Origin: Clostridiales bacterium
Lineage (GTDB): Bacteria; Bacillota; Clostridia; Christensenellales; CAG-314
DNA length: 49,398 bases
Reading direction: 5' to 3'
Assembly: GCA_022508325.1 (NCBI GenBank)
Contig: JAFLVL010000004.1
Span: 1-49,398, forward strand
The notes under the pieces were generated by a model. It was given only the letters and a program-made list of their open reading frames with translations. It was not told where the DNA came from and did no database searches. Position 1 is the stretch's first letter. Every line of letters begins with the position of its first letter. Shown one piece after another: positions 47,876 through 49,398 of this stretch. Position numbers and translations under genes: made by a program.

Positions 47876-48304
47876 ATGCAAAAGTGTACTAATTGTAATA
47901 GACCTATACCCGACGGCGCAAAATTCTGCGGACATTGCGGCAAAACCACTGGATTTGAACCCAACCAGCCGCAACAACCGCCTTTTGTGCAGTATCAGGT
48001 TCAGTCGTACACTCAATCCGCGCAACCTAGCGCAACGGACGCTGACGTCAAGCCAAAGGTCAAGCCTAATTGCGACTTGTCTGTTGCAGGCTTTGTCATG
48101 GCGTTGTTCAGTCCGTATCTTTGCGTAATCGCGTTTATTCTGAGTGCGGCAGCTCTTACCAAAAAGCAGGTTCGCAGAAGGCTCGCACTCGCAGGTCTAA
48201 TAATAAGCTTGATTGAGATTGCGCTTGTCGTCGCCGTGTACGTAGCGGTTTACGTTTTGCACGTAGACGTTATGCAGTATCTTCCATTTTTGCAGAAACA
48301 GTAG
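47876..48304 (+). CDS. zinc-ribbon domain membrane protein (DUF4190-like)
   Basis: CTNCN...KFCGHCG, Q/P-rich linker, C-terminal TMs; GGAGG SD. Confidence 0.8.
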   Translation: MQKCTNCNRPIPDGAKFCGHCGKTTGFEPNQPQQPPFVQYQVQSYTQSAQPSATDADVKPKVKPNCDLSVAGFVMALFSPYLCVIAFILSAAALTKKQVRRRLALAGLIISLIEIALVVAVYVAVYVLHVDVMQYLPFLQKQ

Positions 48305-48368
48305 TGACTCGGGTATTTGTGTTTGTGCTTAGAACTACGCTATGCGCCACACCCGAACACCTTCGTCT
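48305..48368 (+). repeat. REP-like hairpin family B after the zinc-ribbon gene stop
   Basis: TGACTCGGGTATTTG...CACACCCGAACACCTTCGTCT. Confidence 0.8.
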
Positions 48369-48433
48369 GCATAGGAATTTGCCTCTAATATATTGAAACG
48401 AAGAATACAGTAGTTATACTAATGTAATTAAGT

Positions 48434-48468
48434 AAAAAACCTTACAGTTATTTTTGTAAGGTTTTTTT
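48434..48468. terminator. bidirectional terminator
   Basis: AAAAAACCTTACA...TGTAAGGTTTTTTT. Confidence 0.8.
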
Positions 48469-48480
48469 GATTTCATATAT

Positions 48481-49167
48481 TTATTTTTCGTCAGTTTCCG
48501 TACCGTTTTCTTCGCTTTCTGTTGACTCACCGTCGGATTTTTCACATTCTTCGCAGTTGTCTTGAAACGGTTGTTCGTAAATATCTGCCGACAGTTCGCG
48601 CTGTTCGGAGAGAGTTTTTGCCAGCTTCTCCGCTCGCTCGACGTTGGGCGTGTAGCGACTTTTCAGACGGCGAATCTCGAAGTTTATGGAATTGAAGGTC
48701 AGGTTAAGCGTATTTTTGAAACTGTCGGCAATGAGGCAACGCAGTTTGTCTATGGCAACGGACAGCTCGTTGCCCGCAACATCCACCTTCAAGGTGATGA
48801 CGAAGCCTTGCTTTTCGTCCAGGCGCATTTTGACGCGGCGCACACGAATGTTATTCACCTTTTTGTCGCAGCTACGCACGATATTGCGCACAACCTTGAC
48901 GTTGGCGCGGGTTGAGCTTTCGCTGTCGCAGAAGAGTAGCACTTGTCGTAGCGCCTCGTATTCCGAGAAATTGACGTAGATGATATACGCCGACAGAAGT
49001 CCGTAGGTTATGGCAAGAATTATCAGTAGCGTCACGAATACGCCATTATCGATGATGCCCTCGTTGTAGGGTATCACGCCTGTAATATACAGTAGTGTAG
49101 TCACTACGAATATCAGCGTAATGCAAATCTGCGCGACTATTGCAATTTTCTCCGTAATTTTTCGCAT
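48481..49167 (-). CDS. membrane protein, possibly AmaP-like (alkaline shock membrane anchor)
   Basis: 2 N-terminal TMs followed by an alpha/beta domain reminiscent of Asp23/AmaP; GGGAG SD. Confidence 0.55.
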   Translation of the reverse strand: MRKITEKIAIVAQICITLIFVVTTLLYITGVIPYNEGIIDNGVFVTLLIILAITYGLLSAYIIYVNFSEYEALRQVLLFCDSESSTRANVKVVRNIVRSCDKKVNNIRVRRVKMRLDEKQGFVITLKVDVAGNELSVAIDKLRCLIADSFKNTLNLTFNSINFEIRRLKSRYTPNVERAEKLAKTLSEQRELSADIYEQPFQDNCEECEKSDGESTESEENGTETDEK

Positions 49168-49281
49168 ATCTCAAACTCCCCTGTTTGTCATATTTCCGCA
49201 ACACAACTTGTGTGTAACAACGTTAGTATTTACAAAATACGAAAAAATACTATGAAAAGAGCGAACTTGTTAATTTGCAAT

Positions 49282-49318
49282 AAAAAAGACTGCAAAAAAT
49301 CAATTTTACAGTCTTTTT
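49282..49318 (-). terminator. terminator after tRNA-Pro
   Basis: AAAAAGACTG...CAGTCTTTTT. Confidence 0.7.
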
Positions 49319-49319
49319 G

Positions 49320-49395
49320 TGGTCTGAGTGACTGGACTTGAACCAGCGACCCCAAGACCCCCAGTCTTGTGCGCTACCAACTGCGCTACACCCAG
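49320..49395 (-). tRNA. tRNA-Pro (GGG)
   Basis: CTGGGTGTAGCGCAGTTGGTAGCGCACAAGACTGGGGGTCTTGGGGTCGCTGGTTCAAGTCCAGTCACTCAGACCA, 76 nt with CCA. Confidence 0.96.
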
Positions 49396-49398
49396 ATA

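Noticed and set aside
42123-48368. integron attC cassette array
   Set aside because: No RYYYAAC/GTTRRRY ends and no integrase; the hairpins follow core genes such as dnaA, dnaN and uvrC.

Overview
Origin-of-replication region of a low-GC Firmicute. It is most likely a spore-forming gut Clostridia member, inferred from yyaC, addAB, parAB/parS and sigma-A promoters. The window is bounded by tRNA-fMet (truncated at position 1) and tRNA-Pro(GGG). The left arm is mostly housekeeping genes on the minus strand (uvrC-dut-GH2-tadA, addBA-esterase, ftsH, yyaC), followed by cvpA, a 3.7 kb ORF-free tract with four parS sites, a small accessory block and parAB. The canonical oriC gene cluster is rearranged: mnmE-mnmG-rsmG is inverted, deoD occupies the dnaA slot between rpmH and dnaN, and the DnaA-box/DnaA-trio unwinding module remains in front of dnaN. 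dnaA lies 4.5 kb downstream as an apparently leaderless gene, and yaaA/recF/gyrBA are not adjacent. At least five short repeat families are present. One brackets deoD and rubrerythrin as inverted pairs. One REP-like hairpin follows six stop codons, including dnaA and dnaN. An ACCCCAT-core motif occurs in ~90-100 bp paired blocks and inside conserved coding sequences. No transposase, integrase, CRISPR array or rRNA is visible. All calls come from reading the sequence; no database searches were run.
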